DNA of 64,000 bases from Clostridiales bacterium (GTDB lineage Bacteria > Bacillota > Clostridia > Lachnospirales > Anaerotignaceae), in assembly GCA_019423725.1 (NCBI GenBank), contig JAHZAW010000040.1, positions 1,569 to 65,568 of the forward strand, in the 5' to 3' direction. The notes beneath the pieces were generated by a model. It saw only the letters and a program-made list of their open reading frames with translations. It did not search any database and had not been told where the DNA came from. The position numbers and the translations under genes were made by a program. Below, one piece after another: positions 50,926 to 61,931 of the stretch. Within the stretch, counting starts at the first letter, position 1. Each line of letters opens with the position of its first letter.

Positions 50926-53037
50926 TTATTTATCAGCGTCTTTGATGGAGAAGTTAAGTCTTCCGTGGTCATCGATCTCAAGAAGTTTAACTCTTACTTT
51001 GTCGCCTGCCTTAACAACATCCTCGACCTTAGCTGTTCTCTTGTCAGCAAGTTTTGAAATGTGGATAAGTCCCTCTTTTCCGGGAGCGAGCTCAACGAAT
51101 GCGCCGAATGTCATAAGTCTTGTTATTGTTCCGTTATATGGCTTTCCAGGTTCGGGCTCAAGTACGATGAGGTTTATCATATCCATTGCTTTCTGGATAT
51201 TTGCCATATCAGTACCTTTGATGAATATTCTTCCGTCATCCTCAGTATCGATCTCGCACTGGCTCTCCTCGATGATCTTCTTGATAACCTTTCCTCTTGC
51301 TCCGATAACTTCTGCTATCTTATCAACATCGATAGTCATTGTAGCCATCTTAGGAGCATAGGGTGAAAGCTCTTTTCTGGGCTCTGCGATAGCCTTGAGC
51401 ATTACTTCATCGATGATGTAGTTTCTTGCTCTATGTGTCTGGGCAATGGCATCCTCAATGATCTTGAATGTAAGACCATGGATCTTCATATCCATCTGGA
51501 TGGCTGTAATACCTTCCTTTGTACCTGCTACCTTGAAGTCCATATCTCCAAAGAAGTCCTCAAGACCCTGGATGTCTGTAAGCATAACGTAGTCATCATC
51601 ATTGTCGCCTGTTACAAGACCAACTGAAATACCTGCTACAGGGCGGTTGATGGGAACGCCGGCTGCCATAAGGGAAAGTGTGCTTCCGCAGATACTTGCC
51701 TGTGATGTTGAACCATTTGAGCTGAGTATATCTGATACAAGTCTAATAGCGTAAGGGAATTCCTCTTCGCTGGGGATAACGGGAAGGAGTGCCTTTTCAG
51801 CAAGGGCTCCATGTCCGATCTCACGTCTTCCGGGTCCTCTTGAAGTTTTAGCTTCACCTGTTGAATATCCAGGCATGTTATAGTGGTGGATATATCTCTT
51901 TGATACTTCAGATGTATCAAGTCCGTCAAGTCTCTGGATCTCGCTCATGGCTCCAAGTGTTGTTACTGTAAGAGCCTGTGTCTGTCCTCTCTTGAAGAGT
52001 GCTGATCCGTGAGTTCTGGGAAGGATATCTACCTCAGCTGAAAGGGGTCTGATCTCCTCAAGGCCACGTCCATCGGGACGTTTATGCTCTCTTAAGATCA
52101 TCCTTCTTACTGTCATTTTCTCAAATTTATAAATAGTCTCATCGATGAGTGCAGGAATGTCTTTTTCCTCATCAACAAGGGCTGCTATGGCATCTGTAAG
52201 CTCTTCATTTACCTTGTCTGTTATTTCTCTGATGGCAAGGTCTCTGTCCTGCTTAAGTTCTTTGTATACAGCTACTTCCATAGCCTCGTCTGTTATATAT
52301 TCTGAAATAAGTTTGTAAACATCCTCGGGAATTACATGCTCTGTATATTCCTGAAGAGGTTTTCCTTCTTTTTCGTGGATATCATTGATAAAGTCGATAA
52401 CTTCACCGTTTACCTTATGGGCAAGTTTGATAGCCTCAAGCATAAGATCATCGGGTATCTCATCTGCGCCTGCTTCGATCATCATTACCTTATCCTTTGT
52501 TGATGAAACAGTAAGGTTAAGTCTGCTTATCTCTCTCTGAGCTGCTGTGGGGTTAACTACAAGTTCACCGTCACAGTATCCGATGGAAACAGATGACATA
52601 GTGTCAACAAAAGGAATATCAGATATGATAAGCGCAATTGATGAACCGATCATTGCTGCGATCTCAGGTGAGCAGTCCTGGTCAACTGACATTACCGTTG
52701 CAACGATTGCAACATCATTTCTGTAATCCTTGGGGAAAAGAGGACGAAGAGGTCTGTCAATACATCTTGATGTAAGTATAGCCTTTTCACTGGGTCTGCC
52801 CTCTCTCTTGATGAAGCCTCCGGGTATCTTTCCTACTGAATAAAGTCTTTCCTCATAATCGATTGAAAGAGGGAAGAAATCGATACCATCTCTGGGTTTG
52901 TCAGATGCTGTTGCTGTTACGAGTACAACGGTATCTCCGTAAAATACGAGAGCGGCACCGTTTGCCTGCTCGGCTACTCTTCCGATCTCAACAGAAAGTT
53001 TACGGCCGGCAAGTTCCATAGAGTATGTTCTGTACAT
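50926..53037 (-). CDS. pnp: Polyribonucleotide nucleotidyltransferase
   Basis: DFFPL..YEE, KREGRP, RREIGHG, GDMDFKVAGT; KH and S1 domains. Confidence 0.97.
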   Translation of the reverse strand: MYRTYSMELAGRKLSVEIGRVAEQANGAALVFYGDTVVLVTATASDKPRDGIDFFPLSIDYEERLYSVGKIPGGFIKREGRPSEKAILTSRCIDRPLRPLFPKDYRNDVAIVATVMSVDQDCSPEIAAMIGSSIALIISDIPFVDTMSSVSIGYCDGELVVNPTAAQREISRLNLTVSSTKDKVMMIEAGADEIPDDLMLEAIKLAHKVNGEVIDFINDIHEKEGKPLQEYTEHVIPEDVYKLISEYITDEAMEVAVYKELKQDRDLAIREITDKVNEELTDAIAALVDEEKDIPALIDETIYKFEKMTVRRMILREHKRPDGRGLEEIRPLSAEVDILPRTHGSALFKRGQTQALTVTTLGAMSEIQRLDGLDTSEVSKRYIHHYNMPGYSTGEAKTSRGPGRREIGHGALAEKALLPVIPSEEEFPYAIRLVSDILSSNGSTSQASICGSTLSLMAAGVPINRPVAGISVGLVTGDNDDDYVMLTDIQGLEDFFGDMDFKVAGTKEGITAIQMDMKIHGLTFKIIEDAIAQTHRARNYIIDEVMLKAIAEPRKELSPYAPKMATMTIDVDKIAEVIGARGKVIKKIIEESQCEIDTEDDGRIFIKGTDMANIQKAMDMINLIVLEPEPGKPYNGTITRLMTFGAFVELAPGKEGLIHISKLADKRTAKVEDVVKAGDKVRVKLLEIDDHGRLNFSIKDADK

Positions 53038-53078
53038 GTTAAATCTCCTTTTTTATTTATTTTTGAAGATATTGTGTA

Positions 53079-53179
53079 ACTCACATAAACCCTGATGTGT
53101 TATCCGTAACACCATAAAAATACTGTCGAAACTCTCTAAACCTCGGCGGCATTTCTATGGTGTCATAATTTATGTGAGT
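53079..53179 (-). promoter_or_regulatory. Long stem-loop in pnp 5' leader
   Basis: 11-bp perfect outer arms ACTCACATAAA/TTTATGTGAGT plus a ~21-bp inner helix with G.U pairs on the minus strand. Confidence 0.7.
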
Positions 53180-53199
53180 ACATCCATCTTCCTGGTTAC

Positions 53200-53240
53200 T
53201 AAAAGAAATCCGGCCATACAGGAAACCGTATGCCCGGATC
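53200..53240 (-). terminator. Terminator of rpsO
   Basis: ATCCGGGCATAC..GTATGGCCGGAT-TTCTTTT. Confidence 0.65.
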
Positions 53241-53318
53241 TAAATGTTTTTGATATGCGTCAAATACGCAAGGCAAAACCTGTTTTCTTAAGAGAGTAAA
53301 TAATATTAAAAACCGAAA

Positions 53319-53585
53319 TTACTTTCTTAAGCCTAACTCGCTGATGATAGCACGATATCTTTCGATATCCTTATCCTTAAGGTATGCAAGTAAGCCTCTT
53401 CTCTGACCAACCATCTTTAAAAGACCTCTTCTTGAATGATGGTCTTTCTTGTGCTCTTTAAGATGCTCTGTAAGAAGATCGATTCTTGCTGTTAAAAGAG
53501 CGATCTGAACTTCGGGAGAACCTGTATCGTTAGGTGTTCTTCCGTACTTTTCGATAATTTCCTGTTTGTTGATTGTTGCTTTCAT
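53319..53585 (-). CDS. rpsO: 30S ribosomal protein S15
   Basis: [24 protein letters not shown]. Confidence 0.98.
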   Translation of the reverse strand: MKATINKQEIIEKYGRTPNDTGSPEVQIALLTARIDLLTEHLKEHKKDHHSRRGLLKMVGQRRGLLAYLKDKDIERYRAIISELGLRK

Positions 53586-53611
53586 TTAAAAATCCTCCTA
53601 TATATTATTAT

Positions 53612-53666
53612 CAGCGCCCAAGGCTAAGCCGCGGTTGGAGATTCCGTCTGCTGAACCCGGGTTTAT
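53612..53666 (-). promoter_or_regulatory. Candidate S15 autoregulatory leader RNA
   Basis: GC-rich structured segment CCCGGGTT..AGCCTTGGG between promoter and RBS of rpsO. Confidence 0.55.
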
Positions 53667-53676
53667 CAACTATTGC

Positions 53677-53705
53677 AGTATATCATATATTATTTTACTT
53701 TTCAA
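53677..53705 (-). promoter_or_regulatory. sigma-A promoter of rpsO
   Basis: TTGAAA-N17-TATACT with TGn. Confidence 0.65.
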
Positions 53706-54672
53706 CAGTTTTATAAGTGCTTTCAAAATTTTCTTTCCAATATTTGTACTCTTCGGACTTAAAATATTCAGCCGCATTCACCGTATCAATGGCAAGGCGG
53801 TCACGAAGGGCCTCAACACTTGGAAATTTATGCTCATCCCTGAGCCATTTAAAGAAAAATGTGAGTATGGGCTCGCCATAAATGACCTTATCAAAATCAA
53901 ACAGATTCGTCTCAACTGTCTTATGTTTTCCATTTACAGTTGGATTATATCCCACGTTGGTCATTCCATAATAAACCTGGCCGTCATATACCGTGGCTGT
54001 AGCATAAACGCCATTTGGAGGAAAAAGCTTGTCCTCATGGGCAAGTATGTTCACCGTGGGGAATCCAAGCTGTCTTCCAAGCCTCTTTCCTTCGGAAACA
54101 TGTCCGTAAATATAATATGGCTCCGTAAGCAGTCTGTTGGCTGTTTCCACATCTTTATTTACAAGACATTCCCTTATTTTAGTGCTGCTTACCCTTTCGC
54201 CGTCATATATGACATTGGGGATAAATACGGTCTTTACTCCATATTCCTTTCCCAGCTTTTCCAGGAGCTTATAATCTCCGGCGTTCCTGCATCCAAATCT
54301 ATAATCATATCCTACCACAAGGACCTTGCATTTCAATTTTTTAAATACTATATCAATGGCGAAATCTTCCGGTGACATTGAGGCGAATTCCCTGTCAAAG
54401 GGATATTCGATATATGTGTCCACACCCATTTTTCTAATGGCTATCTCCTTTTCTTCAGGGGACATGATAAGGGCATTATTTTCCCTGTTGCCAAAAATAA
54501 ACATGGGGTGAGGCTTAAAGGTAAATACGATGGATTTAAGATTTTCTTTCTCAGCGTATTCCTTTGCGGTCTCGATGAGTTTCCTGTGGCCCATATGCAC
54601 ACCGTCAAAATTTCCTATTGTAACAGCCGTAGGCTGGCTCTGCTCGATCTCACAGTTAGTTATATGTTCCAT
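53695..54672 (-). CDS. ribF: Riboflavin kinase/FAD synthetase
   Basis: IGNFDGVHMGH, VSSTKIR, GRQLGFPT.N. Confidence 0.95.
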   Translation of the reverse strand: MEHITNCEIEQSQPTAVTIGNFDGVHMGHRKLIETAKEYAEKENLKSIVFTFKPHPMFIFGNRENNALIMSPEEKEIAIRKMGVDTYIEYPFDREFASMSPEDFAIDIVFKKLKCKVLVVGYDYRFGCRNAGDYKLLEKLGKEYGVKTVFIPNVIYDGERVSSTKIRECLVNKDVETANRLLTEPYYIYGHVSEGKRLGRQLGFPTVNILAHEDKLFPPNGVYATATVYDGQVYYGMTNVGYNPTVNGKHKTVETNLFDFDKVIYGEPILTFFFKWLRDEHKFPSVEALRDRLAIDTVNAAEYFKSEEYKYWKENFESTYKTVEK

Positions 54673-54684
54673 TGCAAAATCTCC

Positions 54685-55593
54685 TTACAACATAAGACGT
54701 ACCGGCTTTATGTAAAAGCTTTCTTTGTCTTTATCATACAAGAAGGTATAAATACCGACAAGCCTGCCGTTTTCATCATATCCCAGAACAAGTTCCGATG
54801 TTTCAGGCTTACTTTCACAGGTAAAATATCTGCTGTAAATTTTACCGCCATTATATAAATACTTGGAAGCTCTCTGGCTGACAACTATCTTTTTATATTC
54901 CGAAAGCGCTTCATCAGGGGCTATTACCACCGACTCGATATGGCCTTTAGCAGCTTTTTCCTTAAGCTCATCAAGCTTTATGGCGTCTTTTATAAGAAAG
55001 TTTCCACTGGCAGTCCTTGTCAGCTGCGACATATATGCTCCCCAGCCAAGTTTTTTGCCGATGTCACTGCATAAGGTCCTGATATAGGTGCCTTTGGAAC
55101 AGTCAACATCTATTATTGCCTTGTCTGGAGGCATTATTTCAACTATTTTTATATCAAAAATTTCTATTTTTCTTGTTTTTCTCTCTATTTCCTTTCCCTC
55201 ACGGGCAAGTTCATAGAGTTTTTTTCCGTTGACCTTTATCGCCGAATACATGGGCGGCAGCTGCGTCTGCTCTCCGATGAAGCTTTTTACAGCCTCCCTG
55301 AGGGCGTCCTCATCAAAGTCATAGTCGAATTTTTCTACCACTTCACCTGAGGCATCCTGGGTAGTCGTCTCAGCACCAAAGGTGATCTCTGCCCTATATC
55401 TCTTTCTTTCAGCCATTATATAATCAGCAAGCTTTGTTGCCTGGCCGATGCATACCGGAAGGACTCCTTCCGCATCAGGGTCAAGGGTGCCGGTATGGCC
55501 CACCTTTTTGATATTGAGGGTCTTTCTGACTATGGCTACCACATCGTGGGAAGTATATCCCTTTTCTTTGTATACGTTTATTATACCGTCCAA
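54685..55593 (-). CDS. truB: tRNA pseudouridine(55) synthase
   Basis: KVGHTGTLDP, PPMYSAIK, CSKGTYIR. Confidence 0.96.
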   Translation of the reverse strand: MDGIINVYKEKGYTSHDVVAIVRKTLNIKKVGHTGTLDPDAEGVLPVCIGQATKLADYIMAERKRYRAEITFGAETTTQDASGEVVEKFDYDFDEDALREAVKSFIGEQTQLPPMYSAIKVNGKKLYELAREGKEIERKTRKIEIFDIKIVEIMPPDKAIIDVDCSKGTYIRTLCSDIGKKLGWGAYMSQLTRTASGNFLIKDAIKLDELKEKAAKGHIESVVIAPDEALSEYKKIVVSQRASKYLYNGGKIYSRYFTCESKPETSELVLGYDENGRLVGIYTFLYDKDKESFYIKPVRLML

Positions 55594-55595
55594 TT

Positions 55596-56552
55596 TTATA
55601 CCTCCAGCGCTTTTTTAAGCTCGTCAACGACCTTTGGCATCACTTCATCAAATCCGCCGTAAAGGGTGCATCCGCTGGCTCTCACATGTCCGCCGCCGCC
55701 AAATTTAACGGCTATCTCAGACACATTTACCGCTTCATTGGAGCGCATGCTTGCCTTTATCTCGCCCTTTTTCTTCTCATAGAAGAATACTGCCGCATCT
55801 ACACCATCGGTATTTTTGATATATGATACGACGGCATCGGCATCTTTGGATGAGCCTCCGTTTTTCTCCATTTCTTCAATGGACAGCTTTGATATGGCCA
55901 GTCTTCCGTTACATTCAAGACGCATATTTTTTACGGCTTCAGCAAGTATCTTTGCCTCAACGAATGTATGGGAATAAAAAAGTTTTTCCTGTATCTCCGT
56001 AAAAGGTATGTTGTATGTCATAAGCTCCCCGGCAATTTTCATGGTAAAGGGAGTTGTGCTTGAATGTTTAAAACAGCCTGTATCAAATATTATTCCAGTG
56101 TATATGGCATAGGCAGTGTTTTTATCCATATCACACCAGCCGTCCAGGAGCCTGTATACTATCTCGCTGGTAGATGAGGCATCAGCGTCAACAAAATTCA
56201 GCTTTCCAAAATATGTGTTGCTGGGGTGATGGTCTATATTTATGGTATATACCATTTTCACCAGCTTTGAAAACTCCCCAAGCCTTGCTTCATCTCCGCA
56301 GTCAAGGGAAATGAAAAGATCAAAATCCTCATTTTCTATCTTTCTGAGAGTTTTTTCTGAATAGGGTATGGAGCTGAACTTTTCAGGTATATCCTCCAGG
56401 AACACACTGACCTTTTTACCCTTTTTCTCAAGGGCCATGGCCAGAGCGCAGCAGGAGGCAACAGCATCACCGTCGGGACTTGTATGTCCGGCGACGGCTA
56501 TGCTTTCACTATTTTCTATAACTTCGAGTATTTCATCAAAGCTGTTATTCAT
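55596..56552 (-). CDS. nrnA: DHH-family oligoribonuclease/pAp phosphatase
   Basis: H.SPDGDA, IDHH, DTG.F, GGGGH..ASG. Confidence 0.88.
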   Translation of the reverse strand: MNNSFDEILEVIENSESIAVAGHTSPDGDAVASCCALAMALEKKGKKVSVFLEDIPEKFSSIPYSEKTLRKIENEDFDLFISLDCGDEARLGEFSKLVKMVYTINIDHHPSNTYFGKLNFVDADASSTSEIVYRLLDGWCDMDKNTAYAIYTGIIFDTGCFKHSSTTPFTMKIAGELMTYNIPFTEIQEKLFYSHTFVEAKILAEAVKNMRLECNGRLAISKLSIEEMEKNGGSSKDADAVVSYIKNTDGVDAAVFFYEKKKGEIKASMRSNEAVNVSEIAVKFGGGGHVRASGCTLYGGFDEVMPKVVDELKKALEV

Positions 56553-56925
56553 AAAGCTCTCCCTCCCCTACGGGCGGTTCTGAGCTTATCTGTTCAATGA
56601 GTTTTGACATTCTTATGCCATATTCAACGGAGTCATCCAGCTTGAACATAAGCTCCGGTGTTATACGCAAGTTTATCCTCTCCGCAAGGAGATGTCTTAT
56701 ATATCCTGAGGCACTCTTAAGGCCCTTCATTACTCCAGCCTTTTCCTCATCGTTTCCGAGGACGCTTATATATACTTTGCAGTATTTGAGGTCCTGGGTC
56801 GTCTCTACTCTCAGAACAGATGTCATAACGCCTATTCTGGGGTCCTTGAGTTCGCCTCTTATTATATTGGCCAGTTCCTTTGTTATTTCATCATTGACTC
56901 TGGTCATTCTATTGTTTCTTTTCAT
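56545..56925 (-). CDS. rbfA: Ribosome-binding factor A
   Basis: LKDPRI, DLKYCKVY, LRITPEL.F.LD. Confidence 0.95.
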   Translation of the reverse strand: MKRNNRMTRVNDEITKELANIIRGELKDPRIGVMTSVLRVETTQDLKYCKVYISVLGNDEEKAGVMKGLKSASGYIRHLLAERINLRITPELMFKLDDSVEYGIRMSKLIEQISSEPPVGEGELYE

Positions 56926-56943
56926 AATATCACCTGCCGATTT

Positions 56944-59298
56944 TTATCTGGGCACTTCAACCATTATGAACGCTTCGGCTATATCGCCTTCCTTGAGGTC
57001 ATTGAATTTTTTGAATACAAGACCACATTCATATCCGGCGTTTACTTCCTTAACGTCATCCTTAAATCTCTTAAGGGATTCAAGCTCTCCTTCGTATATA
57101 ACGATGTTGTCACGAAGCAGACGTACTTTTGCAGTCCTTGTGAACTTTCCGTCCAGTATATAGCTTCCGGCGATGGTTCCGACACCTGAAGCCTTGAAAA
57201 GCTGACGTACTTCGGCATGACCGATTACCTTTTCTTCGTATACGGGATCGAGCATACCTTTCATAGCTGCTGTAATATCTTCTATGGCATTATAAATTAC
57301 TCTGTAAAGTCTTATATCTACCTTTTCTTCGTCAGCAAAAGCCTTTGCTGAAGGCTCAGGACGAACATTGAAACCAATGATTATGGCGTTTGAAGCTGTG
57401 GCAAGCATAACGTCAGATTCTGTTATGGCACCAACACCGCCGTGGATTATCTTTATCCTTACCTCATCATTTGAAAGTTTCTCAAGGCTCTGCTTAACAG
57501 CTTCAACAGATCCCTGAACGTCTGCTTTAACTACGATATTGAGTTCCTTCATATTTCCTGACTGTATCTGGCTGAACAGGTCATCAAGGGATACCTTCTG
57601 AGGTGTTTCCTTGAGCATATCCTTCCTTGACTTAGCTACTACGGACTCAGCCAGCTGACGAGCCTGTTTTTCGCTGGATGCCACATAGAATGTGTCACCT
57701 GCAGCGGGTACTTCTGAAAGTCCTAATATCTCAACGGGTTTTGAAGGTCCTGCTTTCTTGACTCTTCTTCCCTTATCATCCATCATTGCCCTTATCTTTC
57801 CATAGGAAGCTCCCGCAACTATGGGATCGCCTATGTTAAGAGTTCCTTCCTGTACAAGTACTGTGGCAACGGGGCCTCTGCCCTTATCAAGCTGTGCCTC
57901 AATGATGGCACCCTTAGCGGGTTTATTGGGATTAGCCTTGAGCTCTTTCATCTCAGCTGTGAGGATGATCATTTCAAGAAGGGTATCGATACCTTCCTTT
58001 GTGGCTGCGGAAACGGGAACACATATTGTTTCTCCACCCCAGTCTTCTGCCACAAGACCATACTCAACAAGTTCCTGTTTTACTCTGTCAGGGTTTGCTG
58101 AAGGTTTATCCATCTTGTTGATGGCTACGATTACTTCAACTCCGGCTGCCTTAGCATGGTTTATGGCCTCTACTGTCTGAGGCATAACTCCATCATCTGC
58201 TGCTACGACAAGAACAGCTATATCCGTTATCTGAGCACCTCTCATACGCATTGCAGTGAATGCCTCGTGTCCGGGAGTATCAAGGAATGTTATGGGGTTT
58301 CCATTTATCTGTACTGTATAAGCACCTATGTGCTGAGTGATTCCGCCGGCCTCTTTGCTTGTAACGTGGCTGTGTCTGATGGCGTCAAGAAGGGATGTCT
58401 TACCGTGGTCAACATGGCCCATTACAACTACAACGGGAGGTCTGGGCTCAAGCTGGGATTCGTCTTCCTCTTCCTGCTTGAAAGCTTCCTCAAAAATATC
58501 TTTTTCCTTCTCAAGCTCGAATATAACATTATATTCCTCACCGATGGAAACTGCTGTATCAAAATCAATGCTCTGATTTATAGCGGCCATTATGCCCTTT
58601 TTCATAAGACATTTGACAATTTCAGCACCGGATTTTCCAAGCTTTTCTGCCAGTTCCTTAACTGTGAGGCTCTCGGGGATCTCCATGAATTTTATCTCGT
58701 CGTCTTCCTCAGCAGGTTCAGGAGCGGGTGCGGGTTTATTGAAATTCTTATTGTTTTTATTGTTGTTCTTATTGTTGTTTTTATTGTTCTTTTTGTTTTT
58801 GCCGCCAAAGTTTCCGTTCTGCTCACCCTGGCTGTCATTCTGGCCGTTCTGCCAGCCGTTTTTCTTATTCTTGTTTTTCTTGTCAAATCCGCCTTCGGCT
58901 GCCTTGAAACTTTTGTTGTTTTTATCATTTCTGTCATTCTGGGGCTGCTCGTTTTTATGCTCATTTTTGTGCTCGTTTTTATTGTCCTTTGCGGGTCTGT
59001 TGTCTTCTCTGTTTTTTCCCTGAAAGCCGGCAGCTTCCTTGGGAGCCTCCTTATGCTTCTGGACATTCTTTTCCTCAGGCGCGGGCTTTGCTTCCTCTTT
59101 TTTCTCTGCCTTTGCCTCAGGCTTTTTGCTCTCCTCTTTTTCACCTGAAATAAGTTCCTCGACAAGAGCAGCGTTTTCCTCATCGACCGTTGACATATGG
59201 TTGTTGACCTCTATACCAAGATCTTTCAGCTTGTCGATAAGTTCTTTGTTGCTTATATTTAACTGTTTAGCTAATTCATATACACGTTTTTTAGCCAA
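56944..59298 (-). CDS. infB: Translation initiation factor IF-2
   Basis: [25 protein letters not shown]; probable TTG start at 59298 after GGAGG. Confidence 0.97.
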   Translation of the reverse strand: MAKKRVYELAKQLNISNKELIDKLKDLGIEVNNHMSTVDEENAALVEELISGEKEESKKPEAKAEKKEEAKPAPEEKNVQKHKEAPKEAAGFQGKNREDNRPAKDNKNEHKNEHKNEQPQNDRNDKNNKSFKAAEGGFDKKNKNKKNGWQNGQNDSQGEQNGNFGGKNKKNNKNNNKNNNKNNKNFNKPAPAPEPAEEDDEIKFMEIPESLTVKELAEKLGKSGAEIVKCLMKKGIMAAINQSIDFDTAVSIGEEYNVIFELEKEKDIFEEAFKQEEEDESQLEPRPPVVVVMGHVDHGKTSLLDAIRHSHVTSKEAGGITQHIGAYTVQINGNPITFLDTPGHEAFTAMRMRGAQITDIAVLVVAADDGVMPQTVEAINHAKAAGVEVIVAINKMDKPSANPDRVKQELVEYGLVAEDWGGETICVPVSAATKEGIDTLLEMIILTAEMKELKANPNKPAKGAIIEAQLDKGRGPVATVLVQEGTLNIGDPIVAGASYGKIRAMMDDKGRRVKKAGPSKPVEILGLSEVPAAGDTFYVASSEKQARQLAESVVAKSRKDMLKETPQKVSLDDLFSQIQSGNMKELNIVVKADVQGSVEAVKQSLEKLSNDEVRIKIIHGGVGAITESDVMLATASNAIIIGFNVRPEPSAKAFADEEKVDIRLYRVIYNAIEDITAAMKGMLDPVYEEKVIGHAEVRQLFKASGVGTIAGSYILDGKFTRTAKVRLLRDNIVIYEGELESLKRFKDDVKEVNAGYECGLVFKKFNDLKEGDIAEAFIMVEVPR

Positions 59299-59323
59299 AT
59301 ATGCCACCTCCATACAGATGGGC

Positions 59324-59626
59324 TCACTCGGCGATCATTTTTACGATCTTGTCGGCAAAACCTCTGTCTCTGACTGCCAAAACAGCCCTTTCATCCTTGC
59401 CGATCGCGCTTCCCATCTCAAATTTATCTCCATAAACTACTATCTTTCTGCCATAATATTTCGCTGAATCATTGAATTTCTTCTTTGTGTTATCTGACGC
59501 GTTTTCCGCAACGATAACCAGTTCTGCACTTCCGTCTTTTATGGCATTCAAAACCCCGGTCTCACCTGAAGCAAGTTTCCCAGCTCTCTGGCAGAGACCC
59601 ATAAACTGCAGCAATTTTTTATCCAT
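59324..59626 (-). CDS. ylxQ: L7Ae/YlxQ-family RNA-binding protein
   Basis: [18 protein letters not shown]; position in nusA-infB operon. Confidence 0.88.
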   Translation of the reverse strand: MDKKLLQFMGLCQRAGKLASGETGVLNAIKDGSAELVIVAENASDNTKKKFNDSAKYYGRKIVVYGDKFEMGSAIGKDERAVLAVRDRGFADKIVKMIAE

Positions 59627-59891
59627 TTATCTGTTCCAGCTCCTCTCTGAGCTTCTCATATACTTCAGAAGGGACCTGGGATTTAAAGGATCTTTCAAGG
59701 CCCTTGGATTTCCTTGCTTTTTCAAGGCATTCCGTGCTCGGACAAATATATGCTCCCCTTCCGGCCTTTTTTCCTGTGGTATCTATGGAAAACTCACCTT
59801 CATCACTTCTGACTATCCTGATGAGTTCCTTTTTATTTTTCATTTCCTGACATCCGGTACATTTCCTTAAAGGTATTTTTCTCTGTTTCAT
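59619..59891 (-). CDS. ylxR: YlxR/RnpM protein
   Basis: PLRKCTGC, GRGAYIC. Confidence 0.92.
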   Translation of the reverse strand: MKQRKIPLRKCTGCQEMKNKKELIRIVRSDEGEFSIDTTGKKAGRGAYICPSTECLEKARKSKGLERSFKSQVPSEVYEKLREELEQING

Positions 59892-59908
59892 GGAGTACCT
59901 CCTGTCTT

Positions 59909-61093
59909 TTATTCTTCTTCGTCCTCGATATCAAGTTCATCGGCGATCACATCTTCTGTATCATCGAGTTCCTCATCATCCTCAAGCTCGATATCGTTTT
60001 CTGTCTTTGCAAGATCCTCTTCAGGGAACTCTCCGTCCTCTGTGATGAATCCTGTTTCCTTAGCCTGAGACTCACTCTTTATATCTATTCTCCAGCCGGT
60101 AAGTTTAGCTGAAAGTCTGGCATTCTGTCCCTCTTTACCAATGGCAAGTGAAAGCTGCTGGTCAGGCACAACTATCCTTGCGCTCTGTTCATTGGGATTG
60201 ATCGCAACTGCGAGCACCTTTGAAGGGCTGAGAGCCGCTGCGATAAATTCCTTAGGATCTTCACTCCAGTTTACGATATCGATCTTTTCTCCACAGAGCT
60301 CGTTAACGATAACGTTTACTCTGTATCCATTCTGGCCTACGCAGGCGCCTACAGCGTCAACATTGGGGTCCTTGGAATATACCGCGATCTTTGTTCTGGA
60401 GCCGGCCTCTCTGGCAATGCTCTTGATCTCAACTGTTCCATCGAATACTTCGGGAACTTCCTGCTCAAAAAGTCTCTTAACAAGTTCAGGATGGGTCCTT
60501 GAAACATATATCTGGGGACCTTTGGTAGTCTGTTTTACTTCGATCACATATACCTTTATCCTGTCCATGAATTTGTACTGCTCACCGGGTATCTGTTCAT
60601 TAGGAGCAAGTATGGCATCGATCTTTCCAAGCTGTACTATAACATTTTTCTTTTCTATTCTCTGAACTATACCTATTACCAGTTCCTTTTCCTTGGAAAT
60701 ATACTGGTTGTAAAGTATTTCTCTTTCTGCCTCTCTGAATTTCTGAACAACTACCTGCTTAGCTGTCTGTGCAGATATACGTCCGAAATTCTTAGGTGTA
60801 ACTACAAAGTCAACTACATCCCCTATCTGATAAACAGGGTTGATCTTTTTTGCCTCCTCGAGACTTATCTGAAGCATAGGGTCTTCGACTTCTTCAACAA
60901 CGTCCTTCTGTGCATAGACATCGATGTTTCCTGTTTCTCTGTCCATAACTACCTTTATATTCTGAGACGTTCCGAAGTTTTTCTTGCAGGCTGAAACGAG
61001 TGAAGTCTCTATGGCCTCATAAATTACTTCCTCATCTATGCCTTTTTCCTTAACGATTTCCCTTAAAGCCTCCATAAATTCGGCGCTGTCCAT
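59909..61093 (-). CDS. nusA: Transcription factor NusA
   Basis: FGRISAQTAKQ, EVPEV.DG, AIGKEGQNARL. Confidence 0.97.
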   Translation of the reverse strand: MDSAEFMEALREIVKEKGIDEEVIYEAIETSLVSACKKNFGTSQNIKVVMDRETGNIDVYAQKDVVEEVEDPMLQISLEEAKKINPVYQIGDVVDFVVTPKNFGRISAQTAKQVVVQKFREAEREILYNQYISKEKELVIGIVQRIEKKNVIVQLGKIDAILAPNEQIPGEQYKFMDRIKVYVIEVKQTTKGPQIYVSRTHPELVKRLFEQEVPEVFDGTVEIKSIAREAGSRTKIAVYSKDPNVDAVGACVGQNGYRVNVIVNELCGEKIDIVNWSEDPKEFIAAALSPSKVLAVAINPNEQSARIVVPDQQLSLAIGKEGQNARLSAKLTGWRIDIKSESQAKETGFITEDGEFPEEDLAKTENDIELEDDEELDDTEDVIADELDIEDEEE

Positions 61094-61113
61094 TTTTTAC
61101 AAATCCTCCCTTT

Positions 61114-61581
61114 TTAGAATATTACCGCAAGCCTTACACTCGCTATATCTTTTTTCTCAAATGATAATTGTTTATCTTCTGTCTCAATGGTAACTGTTCC
61201 GTCGTCACTGTAGCCTGTGAGTTTTCCGGTATGCTCCTTGGAGCCTTCAATGGGTTTGTAAAGCTTTACATCCACCATTTCACCGTTGAACTTTATAAAG
61301 TCTTCTTTTCTTTTAAGGGGCCTGTCGATACCCGGCGAACTTATTTCAAGGAAATAAGCCTGTTCTATGGGATCGTTCTCATCAAGTATCTTTTCCAGTT
61401 CTTTGCTTATGAGCTCGCAGTCATCTATGCTGACTCCGCCATCCTTATCCACAAAAACTCTAAGATACCAGTTAGGACCCTCCTTTACAAATTCTACATC
61501 TGCTATCTCATATCCCATTTCTTCAACTTTGGGTCTGAGCATAGCGTCCAACTTCTTTTCCGTATTTGATGATCCGGACAT
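61114..61581 (-). CDS. rimP: Ribosome maturation factor RimP
   Basis: IDDCE.IS, LEISSPG.DRPL; ATG 61581 after AAGGAGG. Confidence 0.95.
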   Translation of the reverse strand: MSGSSNTEKKLDAMLRPKVEEMGYEIADVEFVKEGPNWYLRVFVDKDGGVSIDDCELISKELEKILDENDPIEQAYFLEISSPGIDRPLKRKEDFIKFNGEMVDVKLYKPIEGSKEHTGKLTGYSDDGTVTIETEDKQLSFEKKDIASVRLAVIF

Positions 61582-61610
61582 TTTCCGACCTCCTTTATAT
61601 ATATTCCGGG

Positions 61611-61642
61611 CAAAAGCAAAGAGTAGGTTTTCACCTACTCTT
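61611..61642 (-). promoter_or_regulatory. rimP leader terminator hairpin
   Basis: AAGAGTAGGT-GAAA-ACCTACTCTT-TGCTTTT between promoter and rimP. Confidence 0.7.
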
Positions 61643-61671
61643 ATCGCCAACATACAATAAATTACACATAA

Positions 61672-61700
61672 AGTATAACATTGTGCCCATGCAATTGCAA
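61672..61700 (-). promoter_or_regulatory. sigma-A promoter of rimP operon
   Basis: TTGCAA-N17-TATACT with TGn. Confidence 0.65.
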
Positions 61701-61853
61701 GCATTTTTTAAAAAAAAGCCCGTTTTTCAAGGTTTTTAGCACAAAATAATAATTCTTAACTCCATTTAATGCCGCGTTTTATACATTTATACATCGGCAT
61801 ATTCAAAAATCATCTGCTGATATTTATCCATCGGCCATAATGATACAGTTTAC

Positions 61854-61897
61854 AAAAAAACACAGACTATCCTGCAGAATACAGGCACAGTCCGTGT
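61854..61897 (-). terminator. Terminator of purA
   Basis: CACGGACTGT..ATAGTCTGTG plus 7 T on minus strand. Confidence 0.65.
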
Positions 61898-61931
61898 CAG
61901 TGATTTCTAATATATATTCTATATCATACGC

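Noticed and set aside
58156..59148. Long antisense ORFs (330 aa here; also 4191-4799 and 18649-19395)
   Set aside because: Shadow frames of well-supported genes, favoured by low complexity or codon bias.
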